A DNA stretch of 37,752 bases from Micrococcales bacterium (GTDB lineage: Bacteria; Actinomycetota; Actinomycetes; Actinomycetales; WQXJ01), in contig WQYN01000002.1 in the NCBI GenBank assembly GCA_009781225.1, positions 1-37,752 on the forward strand, written 5' to 3'. Positions 25,079 to 36,286 of the stretch are shown piece by piece. The position numbers and the translations under genes are program-made. The first letter of the stretch is position 1. The number at the start of each line of letters is the position of its first letter. The notes beneath the pieces are model-generated. The model worked only from the letters and a program-made list of their open reading frames with translations. It was not told where the DNA came from and did no database searches.

Positions 25079-26607
25079 TCACTCTGGGCGGGCCAGAGGT
25101 AGGTCGAGGCGGAAGGTGGCGCCGCCTCCGGGGGTGGGGACTAGGAGGACCCGACCTCCGTGGGCTTCAACCACGGAGGCGACGATCGCGAGGCCCAGGC
25201 CCGATCCCCCTCCTGACCTGCGTGAACGCGAGGCGTCGAGGCGGTAGAACCGCTCAAAGACCCGGTCGGCTTCCTCGGGAGGAATACCCGGACCGTGGTC
25301 GCGAACCTCTATGACAGCCCATTGGGAGTCCTCGGAGCCGTGTTCCATCCGAGCCTCTATCTCGACGGGGGTCCCACTCGGGGTGTGACGTGCTGCGTTG
25401 CCCGCGAGGTTGGCCATGACTTGACGCAAGCGCTCCTCGTCGCCGGGGACGTGAAGGCCAGGGCCGTCATCGTCCGTGGGGGGAAGGGTGAGGGTGACGG
25501 GACGGGTGGGGTCAAGGGCGCGCAGGTCAGCGGCAGCGTCGGTGGCGAGGACCGCGAGGTCGACCTGCTCACGGCGCAGGCCACGACCCTCATCGAGGCG
25601 CGTGAGCTGGAGGAGGTCAGCGACGAGGGAGCCCATGCGGGTGGCCTCGTCCTCCATGCGGCGCATGGCGCTCGCGAGTTCCTGGGCGTCGGCGAGTGCG
25701 CCCATGCGGTAGAGCTCGCCGTAGCCGCGGATCGCCGCGAGCGGGGTGCGCAGCTCATGGGAGGCGTCGGAGACGAAGCGGCGCATCTTGTCCTCGGCGG
25801 CGCGCTGGGCATCGAAGGAGGATTCGATTTGGGTGAGCATCGTGTTGAGCGAGTCGGTGAGGCGGCCAACTTCCGTCCCGGATTTCGAGGGGGGGACACG
25901 TTGGGAGAGGTCGCCGGCAGCGATGGCACCGGCCGTCGCCTCAACTGCCCGCAGTGGGCGCAGCGAGCGGCGGACCAGTGCAAATCCCAGGAGACTCGCG
26001 ACTGCGGCGACAGACAGGGCCGTCGAGACAATGATGCCGCGCATGCGGGCGAGGGTCTCGTCGACTTGGTCCAGGGGAGTCCCGACGGCGAGCATCCCGC
26101 TCTCGAGGAAGTCCTGATAGCGCATGGCGAGCACCCTCCACGAGCCGCGTCCGGTCGCGGCGACCTCGGTGAAGGGGAGGTTGGCGATGACGTTCTCGTC
26201 CTCCCAGGTGAGGGTGAGGTTCGGCGGCGGGAGGGAGAGCCAACGATTGTCGGGCCACTGGCCCAGCTGTTCCCCCGTCGGGGCGAAGTCCATGATGACG
26301 TAGTCGGTCGGGGTGTTGGTCGAGAACGTGAACTGCGACGGCCCGGGCTCGGCGAGGCTGGACAGCGCGGTGTGGAGGCGCTCGTCGACCTGGGCCATGA
26401 GGTTGGAGCGCAGGAGCACGGTTGAGAAGGTGCCGGCCACCGTGAGCCCCGCGACCAGCAGAATCGCAAGGATTGCGGCGAGCCGGATCGACAGGGGGAA
26501 GCCCTGGCGGGGGGGTGGGGTGGGGTTGGGGTTGGGTTGAGGTGGGGGAGGGGTGGGGTCGGGCTCCGGGGCCGGGTCGGTGGGGTCGGACTGGGAGTGG
26601 GGGCGGC

Positions 26608-26611
<4 letters not shown>
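25079..26611 (-). CDS. sensor histidine kinase (HAMP-HisKA-HATPase, MtrB/MprB-like class) with a Pro-rich N-terminus
   Basis: Two TM segments flank a ~150-aa extracytoplasmic domain. HAMP region, H-box SHELRTPLAAIRGYGELY, GNAARHTP, DHGPGIPPEE and GGGSGLGLAIV. The start ATG overlaps the upstream response-regulator stop by 4 nt. Confidence 0.9.
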
Positions 26612-27339
<728 letters not shown>

Positions 27340-27414
27340 GCCCCCATTGTGCCCCGCCTCCCTGGGAGTTTCCCGAACGCCCCCTGAAAGCCCCACGAAG
27401 GATTGGTGGGTGGG

Positions 27415-29706
27415 CTAGGTGATCTTGAGTGGCTTGGACTTCTTGGTGACGGGGAGGTAGCCGGCCTTGGAGACGGTGACCTTGACCTGCACCTTCTTGT
27501 TGAGGGCGGCCTTCTTCGGGGTGTAGGACGGCTTCTTGCCGACCTTCCCGGCGACCGGCTTGCCCCCGACGTACCACTGGTAGGCGACCTTCACCTTCTT
27601 GGTCTTCGCCGTGACCTTCGCCTTGAGTTTTGCCCCTGCCTGGGCAGGAATCGCAAGGCGCACCTTGACACCCTTGACCTTGGGCCCGGTGATCTTCGCC
27701 ACCGTCGATTTGATGGTCTGCGTGGCCTGGCCCGGCTTGCTCAGCCACATCTTCACGGTGATCCTCTTGCCGACGTCCACGGCCTTGACCTTGTACTGGG
27801 CCTTCGTCGCGCCCTTGATCGCCTTGTTGTTGCGGTACCACTGGTACTTCGCAGTCGACCCGCTCGTCGGCAACGGAGCCTTGAGTATGGTCCCCTTCTT
27901 AGCAATCTTCGGAAGGACGATGGCGGAGCTCGTTTTCGGGGCGTTGATGGGAACGACTACCGGGATCTCTGGCTCGACCTTACGGTCCGTTCGCGGGGTG
28001 AGCCACTGAGGCCACAGCCCATCTCCCGTGACCAGCACAGCCGCATGCAGCGTCGAGCCAGCGTCATCGTCCTGGAGGGTCCGCTGGTTCCCGGTCCCCA
28101 CGATCTTGTGATTGCGCACCCAGGTCGTCGAGTAGGTCCACGGGTCCTTAGACCACTGCTTCTTAGCCCAGTCAGACGCCTCAACGCTAAGGACCTCGCC
28201 CACCTTAGGCTTGCCCGTGATCACAGCCCCGGCAGGTTCTTGGGTGAAGGAGGGGCGTTCTGTCAGTGAGAGGGTGACCGGGGTGGTCTTTCCGACTTCC
28301 ACCTCAATGATCGCTTCGGCTCCGACCTCAGCGCGGAGGCCTTCGTACCAGTCCTGCCAGTAGCCTTCGGTCCGCTCTTGGAGGGCGTAGACCCCGGCTG
28401 GGAGCGAGGAGATCCTGTTGGTGAGTTCGCCCGTCGAAATCTCATCACCCTGACCAGTCTCGACGTTGGTCCACCTAATGATGGGTGCCTTGCGGGAACC
28501 GCCCATATTGCTGTTCGCGAGGGTCACGAGGATCGCACCAGCAGGACCCAGGGTGATCGTGCCAACGTCCTTCGAGGAGCCGGAAGCGGGTGAGGTGAGA
28601 GACGTGAACGCGCCGTCAGCGAGTTGGATCGTGTCGGAGATGTCACCGAGCCAGGTCTCGGCGTACCCGGGGTGTTGGGCCACTACTGTCACGGTGTCGG
28701 ACGGTGTGATCCCCGGGATCGTGAAGGTGCCGTCCGGTTCTGCCAGAGATGGCTGACCCTCAACGATCCATGTCCTGGTCGACTCCGAATAGCGGCGGAC
28801 GGTAACGCTGGTCTGTGGCACACTCCCACCGCTGGGCAGGGCAACACGGCCCGTGATGGTGGCACCGACTCGGAAGGGGTTGGCAATTGAGAACGTCGCT
28901 TCCCCCAGAGGTGCGGTGAACTGTCCGGCGACAAAGTCAGAGGTCTTGTATGGCTTCGACGTGGCGGGATCCAGACGAGCACCGCCGCTGACCTGCGGGT
29001 AGTATGTGGAGCGGCCGAAGTGGACAAGGGCGTAGGTTTCCCCGGGGACCGTTGAGAAGTAGACGGACTCTCTTTCATCGTCGTGTGGAAAGAGGAGGCC
29101 GGCCTCAGAGAACGACTGGATGCCGACCGACTCCTCGTCGACAGCGGTCCACGTGCCTGAGGGTTGTTCGTGGAAAAGAGCCACCAGAGCATAGGAGGAG
29201 CCCGGGATCGTAATCCGAAGGCCTTGGGGATGCCGCACCGTCGCGGAGATCGTCAGGTCAGCCGCTGTAAGTGGGCCGATGATGTGCTTCCGGGCCACGC
29301 GCTCGTCAATCTGCACCGTGAGGTGGGGAGGATGGTCGGCGATCTCAAGCAGGTAGCACTTTCCCACCGAGCCCTTGAGGGCGAAGACACTGTCCGCGTC
29401 GGTCCAGGTGTAGGCGGTATCCCAGAAGCCATCAACAATGATGCCCCGAGCGGTGTCGGGGTCGCTTCCGCACGCGACGCTCAAAATGGTGACGATCAGC
29501 GACCCTCCCTTGTTGGTGCCGCGGTAGGGGCTGCCATCCTCCGCGAGGATCGTGCCGCTGATGGTGGCCCATTCAACGTCTTCGGAGCCAGCACCTTGGG
29601 CCGGCGCGACGCCGAGGCCTGCTAGGCCGAGGCAGAGGGATCCGGTGATGAGGCCGGCGACAAGCCGCTGCGAGTGAAGGGATGGGGTCGAGGTCATGGT
29701 GGCCAT
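27415..29706 (-). CDS. 764-aa secreted beta-sandwich-rich protein of unknown function with a lysine-rich C-terminal repeat module
   Basis: The only signal-peptide-like segment follows the internal starts at 29706 and 29697 (MATMTSTPSLHSQRLVAGLITGSLCLGLAGLGVAPAQGA). aagga lies upstream of the 29697 ATG. CarboxypepD_reg-like segments are present (ATITGRVALPSGGSVPQTSVTV...PDGTFTIPGI). C-terminal repeats are of the YQWYRNNKAIKGATKAQYKVKAVDVGKRITVKM type. The 166-aa extension listed in the track is Arg/Pro-rich and overlaps the ilvB upstream region. Confidence 0.75.
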   Translation of the reverse strand: MATMTSTPSLHSQRLVAGLITGSLCLGLAGLGVAPAQGAGSEDVEWATISGTILAEDGSPYRGTNKGGSLIVTILSVACGSDPDTARGIIVDGFWDTAYTWTDADSVFALKGSVGKCYLLEIADHPPHLTVQIDERVARKHIIGPLTAADLTISATVRHPQGLRITIPGSSYALVALFHEQPSGTWTAVDEESVGIQSFSEAGLLFPHDDERESVYFSTVPGETYALVHFGRSTYYPQVSGGARLDPATSKPYKTSDFVAGQFTAPLGEATFSIANPFRVGATITGRVALPSGGSVPQTSVTVRRYSESTRTWIVEGQPSLAEPDGTFTIPGITPSDTVTVVAQHPGYAETWLGDISDTIQLADGAFTSLTSPASGSSKDVGTITLGPAGAILVTLANSNMGGSRKAPIIRWTNVETGQGDEISTGELTNRISSLPAGVYALQERTEGYWQDWYEGLRAEVGAEAIIEVEVGKTTPVTLSLTERPSFTQEPAGAVITGKPKVGEVLSVEASDWAKKQWSKDPWTYSTTWVRNHKIVGTGNQRTLQDDDAGSTLHAAVLVTGDGLWPQWLTPRTDRKVEPEIPVVVPINAPKTSSAIVLPKIAKKGTILKAPLPTSGSTAKYQWYRNNKAIKGATKAQYKVKAVDVGKRITVKMWLSKPGQATQTIKSTVAKITGPKVKGVKVRLAIPAQAGAKLKAKVTAKTKKVKVAYQWYVGGKPVAGKVGKKPSYTPKKAALNKKVQVKVTVSKAGYLPVTKKSKPLKIT

Positions 29707-30069
29707 CCTTGGCGTAACGCTCTGCGCCCGCTGCGCCCCGATCGAGCATCCGGCCAGGCGCGTCCGCGGACAATTCCAGGGCCACGCTACCGCAGTCTGT
29801 CCGGCGCCCGCCAGCAAGACCCGGCGCTTCGGGAAAGGGATGCACAACCGTGACCACAGCGCAAGGATCCCCCCGAAACGCAGGCGAGGCCCGCCATCGT
29901 CCGACAAACAAGGCGCGGAAGCCCCCCAAAGGTCAGCTTGGTACGCTCCACGCCGATTCCGGCGCCTTGGCCCCGTGTTGCCGCAGGTCACAGCGTCGAG
30001 CGAGAACGGCCCCTGGGCCGAAGTGGGCGCAAACGTACCGCAGTGACCTTTGCCTGGTGGGGGAGGGGC

Positions 30070-30075
30070 TATACT
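30070..30075 (+). promoter_or_regulatory. candidate -10 hexamer tatact for the ilvB leader transcript
   Basis: tatact lies 7 nt upstream of the GTG at 30083, consistent with a leaderless leader-peptide mRNA. No convincing -35 element was found. Confidence 0.4.
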
Positions 30076-30082
30076 GGCGCGC

Positions 30083-30127
30083 GTGCTGCGAATCCTGGTC
30101 GCTGTATCCACCGAGCGCGCGGGCTGA
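30083..30127 (+). CDS. candidate ilvB leader peptide, 14 codons: (M)[13 protein letters not shown]
   Basis: gtg ctg cga atc ctg gtc gct gta tcc acc gag cgc gcg ggc tga. Five of the first seven codons after the start are Leu/Ile/Val. It sits between a -10-like box and a U7 terminator, ~110 nt before ilvB. Confidence 0.55.
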   Translation: MLRILVAVSTERAG

Positions 30128-30155
30128 GGTCCGACGAGCCTCCCTCTCGCGCGCA

Positions 30156-30189
30156 CCCTCCACCGCCATGGCCGACGGAGGGTTTTTTT
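30156..30189 (+). terminator. attenuator terminator upstream of ilvB
   Basis: ccctcc(ac)cg ... cg(ac)ggaggg stem (30156-30165 pairs with 30173-30182), followed by ttttttt (30183-30189). A T7 run is exceptional in this GC-rich DNA. It ends 48 nt before the ilvB ATG. An upstream alternative pairing gcgcgcg (30115-30121) with cgcgcgc (30148-30154) is possible. Confidence 0.65.
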
Positions 30190-30237
30190 GTGGCCAATCA
30201 TCATCGACTAGGACAGGACGAAAGGGGCCAAGGACCC

Positions 30238-31989
30238 ATGACAAAACCTATGCTGACCGGCGCTGAAGCCATCATCCGATCGCTGGAGAACCTAGGGGTC
30301 GAGGTGATCTTCGGGATCCCCGGCGGGATGATCCTGCCGACCTACGACCCGCTCTACGCCTCGACCAAGCTGCGGCACATCCTCGTGCGGCACGAACAGG
30401 CCGCGGGGCACGCCGCCTCGGGATACGCCCGGGTGACGGGGCGGGTGGGAACCTGCATGGCGACCTCGGGGCCGGGCGCAACCAACCTCATCACCGCGTT
30501 GGCGGACGCGAACGTGGACTCAGTCCCGGTGGTGGCCATCACGGGGCAGGTCCCCGCGGGGGTCGTCGGGACGGACGCCTTCCAGGAGGCGGACATTGTC
30601 GGAGCGACGATGCCGCTGGCCAAGCACTCCTTCTTCATTGCCGATCCCGCCCAGATTCCAGCGACCCTCGCAGCGGCGTACCACATCGCCGGGACGGGGC
30701 GGCCGGGCGTGGTCGTCGTTGACATCACCAAGTCAGCTCAGGCGACCGAGGTGCCCTTCGACCCGGACGTCACGCTCGACCTTCCGGGGTACAAGCCGCG
30801 GCTCACCCCGCACAAGAAGCAGATCCGCCAGGCTGCCGACATGATTGCCCAGGCGCGCAGGCCCGTGCTGCTGGCGGGCGGCGGCACCATCATCGCTGGT
30901 GCTTCAGCCGAACTGGTGGCCCTCGCCGATGAGTCGAAGGCCCCGGTGGTCACGACACTCATGGCGCGCGGGGCCATCTCCGACCTGCACCCGGCGAACC
31001 TCGGGATGCCGGGAATGCACGGTACCGTGGCGGCGGTCGCAGCCCTGCAACGGTGCGACCTCATCATCGCGGTGGGGTGCCGGTTCGACGACCGGCTCAC
31101 GGGCAAGACCTCAAGCTTCGCAACGACCGCCAAGGTCATCCACATCGACATTGACCCCGCGGAGATCGGGAAGAACCGGGCGGTGGACATCCCGATCGTC
31201 GGAGACGCCAAGGAGACGCTCGCCCTCATCACGAACGAGCTTGCCGACCACCCCACGAGGAGCGACCTTTCCTCCTGGTGGAAGCAGGTCAACCACTGGC
31301 GCGAGACCTACCCGCTGGGATACCCCGAGCCCAGCGACGGACGGCTTGCCCCTCAGCACGTCATCGAACGGATCGCGGCCCTGGCGGGTGACGATCCCAT
31401 CTTCGCCACGGGAGTCGGCCAACACCAGATGTGGGCCGCCCAGTTCCTCCCCCTCCAGGGGCCGCGCCGGTGGCTCACCTCCGGCGGACTCGGAACCATG
31501 GGCTACGGCACTCCCGCCGCGATGGGAGCGAAAGTCGGGCGTCCCGAGGCCAATGTCTGGGCGATCGATGGCGATGGCTGCTTCCAGATGACCGGCCAAG
31601 AGATCGTCACCTGCGCCCTCAACAACATCCCCATCAAGGTCGCCATTATCAACAACTCGAGCTTGGGGATGGTCCGGCAGTGGCAGACGCTCTTCTACGG
31701 CAGCCGCTACTCCAACACGGACCTCAACACCGGCTCCGACACGGCGATGATCCCCGACTTTGTCAAGCTCGCCGAGGCCTGCGGCTGCGTGGGTCTGCGC
31801 TGCGAGAAGCCCGAAGACGTGGACGCGACCATCCAACAAGCCAACGAGATCAACGATCGCCCCGTCATCGTCGACTTCCAGGTCTCGCGGGACGCGATGG
31901 TCTGGCCGATGGTCGCGGCCGGCGCCTCAAACGACGACATCCAATACGCCCGCGGGATCGCCCCGTCCTGGGACCGCGAGACCGTTTAG
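30238..31989 (+). CDS. ilvB: acetolactate synthase (acetohydroxyacid synthase) large subunit
   Basis: [30 protein letters not shown]..., [14 protein letters not shown], and the ThDP motif [16 protein letters not shown]...IDGDGCFQM...NN. The ATG at 30238 follows aaggac. The upstream 100 codons of the listed ORF are non-coding leader. Confidence 0.95.
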   Translation: MTKPMLTGAEAIIRSLENLGVEVIFGIPGGMILPTYDPLYASTKLRHILVRHEQAAGHAASGYARVTGRVGTCMATSGPGATNLITALADANVDSVPVVAITGQVPAGVVGTDAFQEADIVGATMPLAKHSFFIADPAQIPATLAAAYHIAGTGRPGVVVVDITKSAQATEVPFDPDVTLDLPGYKPRLTPHKKQIRQAADMIAQARRPVLLAGGGTIIAGASAELVALADESKAPVVTTLMARGAISDLHPANLGMPGMHGTVAAVAALQRCDLIIAVGCRFDDRLTGKTSSFATTAKVIHIDIDPAEIGKNRAVDIPIVGDAKETLALITNELADHPTRSDLSSWWKQVNHWRETYPLGYPEPSDGRLAPQHVIERIAALAGDDPIFATGVGQHQMWAAQFLPLQGPRRWLTSGGLGTMGYGTPAAMGAKVGRPEANVWAIDGDGCFQMTGQEIVTCALNNIPIKVAIINNSSLGMVRQWQTLFYGSRYSNTDLNTGSDTAMIPDFVKLAEACGCVGLRCEKPEDVDATIQQANEINDRPVIVDFQVSRDAMVWPMVAAGASNDDIQYARGIAPSWDRETV

Positions 31990-31998
31990 GAGAACATC

Positions 31999-32520
31999 AT
32001 GGCTCAGCACACTTTGTCGGTCCTCGTCGAGAACAAGCCCGGCGTCCTGGCCCGCGTGTCCGGCCTGTTCGCCAGGCGCGGCTTCAACATCACTTCGCTC
32101 GCGGTCGGCCCAACCGAACGGCCGGAAATCTCCCGGATCACGGTCGTCGCCGAGGTCGCTGACACCCCGCTCGAACAGATCACCAAGCAGCTCAACAAGC
32201 TGATCAACGTCATCAAGATCACCGAACTGAGCCGCGAAGCCTCGGTCCAGCGAGACCTCCTGCTCGTCAAGGTCAAGGCCGTCGGCGCCACTCGCCACGA
32301 GGTCATCGAGATCGCTGACCTCTTCCGCGCGCGGGTTGTCGACGTCGCCCCAGACTCTTTGGTCATCGAGGCGACCGGCACCGACCGCAAGCTCACCGCA
32401 ATGCTGCAGCTCCTGACCCCCTTTGGGATCCGCGAGCTCGTCAAGTCCGGTACCGTCGCCATCGTGCGTGGTTCGAAGTCCTTCACCGACAAAACGGACC
32501 GCTCAGCCCGCGACGGCTGA
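31999..32520 (+). CDS. ilvN: acetolactate synthase small (regulatory) subunit
   Basis: ACT domain HTLSVLVENKPGVLARVSGLFARRGFNITSLAVGPTE plus the C-terminal ALS_ss_C region. Confidence 0.95.
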   Translation: MAQHTLSVLVENKPGVLARVSGLFARRGFNITSLAVGPTERPEISRITVVAEVADTPLEQITKQLNKLINVIKITELSREASVQRDLLLVKVKAVGATRHEVIEIADLFRARVVDVAPDSLVIEATGTDRKLTAMLQLLTPFGIRELVKSGTVAIVRGSKSFTDKTDRSARDG

Positions 32521-33603
<1,083 letters not shown>

Positions 33604-33606
33604 AGC

Positions 33607-34644
33607 GTGCCCAACATCGATCTTGCCGTCATCGGAGGCGACGGCATCGGCCCCGAGGTGGTCGCCGAGGCCCTGCGCGTCCTAGGCGCGGTGCTCGCCG
33701 ACTCTTCTCTCGCCATCGTCCCCACTCACTACGACCTAGGCGGCGCACGATGGCGGCGCACCGGTGAGGTGTTAACCGACAGTGAGCTTGACTCGCTTTC
33801 GCGTCACGACGCGATTTTGCTAGGCGCGGTCGGGGACCCTGAGGTGCCCTCTGGCGTGCTCGAGCGGGGGTTGTTGCTAAAGCTGCGGTTTGCTTTTGAC
33901 CACTACATCAACTTGCGGCCGTCGCGGCTCTACCCGGGGGTGGCCTCACCTTTGGCTTGCCCTGGGGATGTTGATTTTGTTGTGGTGCGTGAGGGGACCG
34001 AGGGGCCCTATGTCGGTAACGGCGGGTCGGTCCGGCTGGGCACTCCCCAGGAGATTGCGACCGAGGTGTCGGTCAACACATGGTTTGGGGCGTTGCGGAC
34101 GGTGCGGGATGCTTTCACCCGCGCCGCCGCGCGGCCCCGGCGAAAGGTGACGCTGGTTCACAAGCACAATGTGCTGGTGCATGCCGGGCATTTGTGGCGG
34201 CGGGCCTGCGAAGCGGTTGCTGTGGAGTTCCCTTCGGTGACGTGGGACTATCTGCATGTGGATGCGGCGACGATCTTCCTTGTCAACGATCCGTCGCGGT
34301 TCGATGTCATCGTGACTGACAACCTGTTTGGTGACATTCTCACCGACTTGGCGGCGGCCGTGACCGGGGGGATTGGGTTGGCAGCTTCGGGGAACATCAA
34401 CCCCTCGCGGGCGTTCCCCTCGATGTTTGAGCCGGTCCATGGGTCGGCACCTGATATTGCTGGCCAGGGGATCGCGGACCCGACGGCGGCCGTGTTGTCG
34501 GCTTCGATGCTGCTGGAGCATCTGGGGTACGACGGCCCGGCTGCCGCGATTGAGCGGGCGGTGGCCGCGGACTTGGCCGAGCGAGGGTCGGGGCGACGGA
34601 CAACGAGAGAGGTGGGGGACGCCATCGTCCGCCGTCTTGTGTAA
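33607..34644 (+). CDS. leuB: 3-isopropylmalate dehydrogenase
   Basis: [59 protein letters not shown]. The GTG start is 4 nt after the ilvC stop. Confidence 0.93.
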   Translation: MPNIDLAVIGGDGIGPEVVAEALRVLGAVLADSSLAIVPTHYDLGGARWRRTGEVLTDSELDSLSRHDAILLGAVGDPEVPSGVLERGLLLKLRFAFDHYINLRPSRLYPGVASPLACPGDVDFVVVREGTEGPYVGNGGSVRLGTPQEIATEVSVNTWFGALRTVRDAFTRAAARPRRKVTLVHKHNVLVHAGHLWRRACEAVAVEFPSVTWDYLHVDAATIFLVNDPSRFDVIVTDNLFGDILTDLAAAVTGGIGLAASGNINPSRAFPSMFEPVHGSAPDIAGQGIADPTAAVLSASMLLEHLGYDGPAAAIERAVAADLAERGSGRRTTREVGDAIVRRLV

Positions 34645-34658
34645 GGAAAGGAACTACC

Positions 34659-35741
34659 ATGGGTGAGTTTGAGATTCGGCGCAACCCGCATCCGACGCCG
34701 CCGGAGGAGCGCGCTGCGGCGCTCGCGAACCCGGTGTTTGGGACGCAGTTCACTGACCATATGGCGCGCGTGACGTGGACGTCGGCTTCTGGTTGGCACG
34801 ACCGGCGGGTTGAGGCGTTTGCGGAGATTCCGCTCTCGCCGGCGGCGGCGGTCTTGCACTATGCCCAGGAGATCTTCGAGGGGCTCAAGGCCTATCGGCG
34901 GGATGACGGGTCGGTGTGGGCGTTTCGGGCGGGCGCGAATGCTGCGCGGTTTGTGCGGTCGGCACAGCGGATGGCGATGCCGGAGTTGTCGGTTGCGGAC
35001 TTCTTGGACTCTTTGTCTGCCTTGGTGTCCGTTGATGCTGCGTGGGTGCCGTCGGGGGCCGAGACGTCGCTCTATTTGCGTCCGGTGATGTTTGCGGCCG
35101 AGCGATTCTTAGGCGTGCGGCAGGCGCGGCGCTATGAGTATTTGGTGATTGCCTCGCCCGTCGGGTCGTATTTCGCCGGGGGAGTCAAGCCCGTCTCGAT
35201 TTGGGTCGAGCAGGAGACGCGCCGGGCTGGGCCGGGGGGAACTGGTTCCGCGAAGTGTGGCGGGAACTATGCGGCGGCGATGCTAGGGCAGGTGCGGGCG
35301 TACGAACACGGGTGTGACCAGGTGTTATTCCTTGAGGCCGGGGGGGGAACGGCGATCGAGGAGCTGGGTGGGATGAACGTCTTCGTGGTGCTCGACGACG
35401 GGTCAGTTGCCACGCCAGCGTTGACCGGGAGCTTCTTGGAGGGGATCACCCGGGCCTCGGTGCTTGCTCTGCTGGAGGACCGGGGGGTTTCTGTGGTCGA
35501 GCGGTCGGTGTCTTTGTCGGAGCTGTTGTCCGGGGCGGGTTCTGGGCAGGTGCGCGAGATGTTCGCCTGCGGGACCGCCGCCGTGGTGACCCCCGTGGGA
35601 CGCCTGGTGGGGGAAGGGTTCGAAGTGTCGGTGGCTGGGGGTGTCCCCGGGGAGCTGACCATGTCGATCCGCGAGCAGCTAATGGGCATCCAATACGGCC
35701 GGATCGAGGACCGCTGGGGCTGGACCACCCGGTTGGCGTAG
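34659..35741 (+). CDS. ilvE: branched-chain amino acid aminotransferase
   Basis: FGTQFTDHM, HYAQEIFEGLKAYR, LYLRP, the lysine in GTGSAKCGGNY, LEGITR, GTAAVVTPV and WGW near the C-terminus. RBS aaggaaagga. Confidence 0.93.
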   Translation: MGEFEIRRNPHPTPPEERAAALANPVFGTQFTDHMARVTWTSASGWHDRRVEAFAEIPLSPAAAVLHYAQEIFEGLKAYRRDDGSVWAFRAGANAARFVRSAQRMAMPELSVADFLDSLSALVSVDAAWVPSGAETSLYLRPVMFAAERFLGVRQARRYEYLVIASPVGSYFAGGVKPVSIWVEQETRRAGPGGTGSAKCGGNYAAAMLGQVRAYEHGCDQVLFLEAGGGTAIEELGGMNVFVVLDDGSVATPALTGSFLEGITRASVLALLEDRGVSVVERSVSLSELLSGAGSGQVREMFACGTAAVVTPVGRLVGEGFEVSVAGGVPGELTMSIREQLMGIQYGRIEDRWGWTTRLA

Positions 35742-35904
35742 CCGCCTCACCTCGACAGACCGCTGGGGCTGGACCACCCGGTTGACGCAGCCCCGAAGCC
35801 GCCCCACCTCGACAGACCGCTGGGGCTGGACCACCCGGTTGACGCAGCCCCGAAGCCGCCCCACCTCGACAGACCGCTGGGGCTGGACCACCCGGTTGAC
35901 GCAG
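35709..35904 (+). repeat. tandem array derived from the ilvE 3' end: 49-bp founder copy (with stop) plus two identical 57-bp copies and one 33-bp partial copy
   Basis: gaccgctggggctggaccacccggttg[g/a]cg[t/c]ag... starts at 35709, 35758, 35815 and 35872. Copies 2 and 3 are identical and carry an 8-nt insertion relative to copy 1. Confidence 0.9.
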
Positions 35905-35954
35905 CGGTGCCGGTCTGTTGGGGCGGCCCCCCTTGGGGCCAAGCCGGCCGCGCG

Positions 35955-36150
35955 CCTTGACAGCGCTAGCCTCCCCCTCCTCCGACCCGAGCCCCACCTC
36001 GACAGCGCTAGCCTCCCCCTCCTCCAACCCAAGCCCCACCTCGACAGCGCTCACCTCCCCCTCCTCCAACCCAAGCCCCACCTTGACAGCGCTCACCTCC
36101 CCCTCCTCCGGCCCAAGCCCCACCTTGACAGCGCTCACCTCCCCCTCCCT
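35955..36150 (+). repeat. 42-bp tandem repeat, ~4.6 copies, sharing the core CCCCACCTYGACAG with the preceding array
   Basis: Units ccttgacagcgct(agc/cac)ctccccctcctcc(gac/aac/ggc)cc(g/a)agcccca start at 35955, 35997, 36039, 36081 and 36123. There are no spacers. Confidence 0.9.
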
Positions 36151-36157
36151 CGGCTGG

Positions 36158-36285
36158 CAAAGGTCAATTGTCCAGGTGCTAGCAGCCTCTCAGCTCACGC
36201 CACCATTTCGCTCACCTCGCTGACCTGCATCAACGCAAAGCGCCCAGGACCGCCAGCCGGGCAAAACCTGGACAATTGACCTTTG
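36158..36285. repeat. perfect 19-bp inverted repeat (20 bp with one extra inner pair) separated by ~90 nt
   Basis: caaaggtcaattgtccagg (36158-36176) is the reverse complement of cctggacaattgacctttg (36267-36285). The right arm ends about 1 nt before the intron 5' GUGCG. Confidence 0.85.
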
Positions 36286-36286
36286 T

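Noticed and set aside
29707-30237. N-terminal extensions of the listed ORFs 27415..30204 (-) and 29938..31989 (+), which overlap each other
   Set aside because: Both extensions are Arg/Pro/Gly-rich with no homology. Internal starts with RBS-like sequences give a proper signal peptide (minus-strand gene) and the canonical AHAS N-terminus (ilvB). The region instead holds the ilvB leader and attenuator.
35955-36150. 42-bp repeat array considered as a CRISPR array
   Set aside because: The repeats are directly contiguous with no unique spacers, no cas genes are nearby, and the units differ by point substitutions typical of a minisatellite.
35446-36279. 230-aa (-) and 165-aa (+) ORFs across the post-ilvE repeats
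   Set aside because: Their sequences are simply periodic translations of the 57-bp and 42-bp repeats (for example PHLDSA(S/H)LPLL(R/Q)P(E/K)), with no start or RBS support.
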